Below are positions 16,518-16,599 of a DNA stretch of 16,599 nt, piece by piece (position 1 is the first letter of the stretch; the number at the start of each line of letters is the position of its first letter). Under the pieces are notes generated by a model that did not search any database, had not been told where the DNA came from, and saw nothing but the letters and a program-made list of their open reading frames with translations. The translations under genes were made by a program, and so were the position numbers. Origin of the DNA: Bdellovibrionota bacterium (lineage in GTDB: Bacteria; Bdellovibrionota_C; UBA2361; OMIW01); assembly GCA_044345055.1 (NCBI GenBank), contig JBIJBT010000062.1, forward strand, positions 1-16,599, written 5' to 3'.

Positions 16518-16599
16518 AGTGGCGCATTGCTTCATAGCTTGTTATTTTCTGCCCGACTACTCGGCATCGATCCCTATGAGTACCTCATCAATGAGTTGC
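16518..16599 (+). pseudogene. IS66-family transposase C-terminal fragment (runs off the window)
   Basis: Frame from 16518 reads SGALLHSLLFSARLLGIDPYEYLINEL, matching the IS66 TnpC C-terminal pattern (YSLIxTAKLNGxDPYxYL). It is preceded by an in-frame TGA and no transposase body. Confidence 0.65.

Overview
Bacterial chromosomal window mixing housekeeping genes with lineage-specific and decayed mobile DNA. In order: a palindromic REP-like cluster; a DUF164 coiled-coil/C4 zinc-ribbon gene divergent from ychF; a convergent PIN-PhoH (PhoH2) gene with an intrinsic terminator; a DUF4405 membrane protein; an orphan KfrA_N/TnpT-like coiled-coil DNA-binding protein; a pseudo-receiver/PAS/pseudo-HisKA protein; a CCA-adding-enzyme paralogue with rewritten nucleotide-recognition motifs; an unrecognised ORF; a Spinster-like MFS transporter coupled to meaB; a stand-alone SpoIIE/PP2C phosphatase; a decayed, truncated IS3-family element; a 920-aa SBBP beta-propeller protein; and an IS66 C-terminal fragment at the right edge. 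The best candidates for new biology are (i) the 920-aa protein, which appears to have degenerate flagellin-like helical termini around a beta-propeller that is itself interrupted by a beta-sandwich domain, (ii) the class II nucleotidyltransferase that keeps its catalytic DxD but has lost the EDxxR amino-acid template, next to a phosphorylation-dead signalling protein, and (iii) two hairpin-dense intergenic segments that may be structured RNAs. All family calls come from recognising motifs by eye; no searches or folding programs were run.
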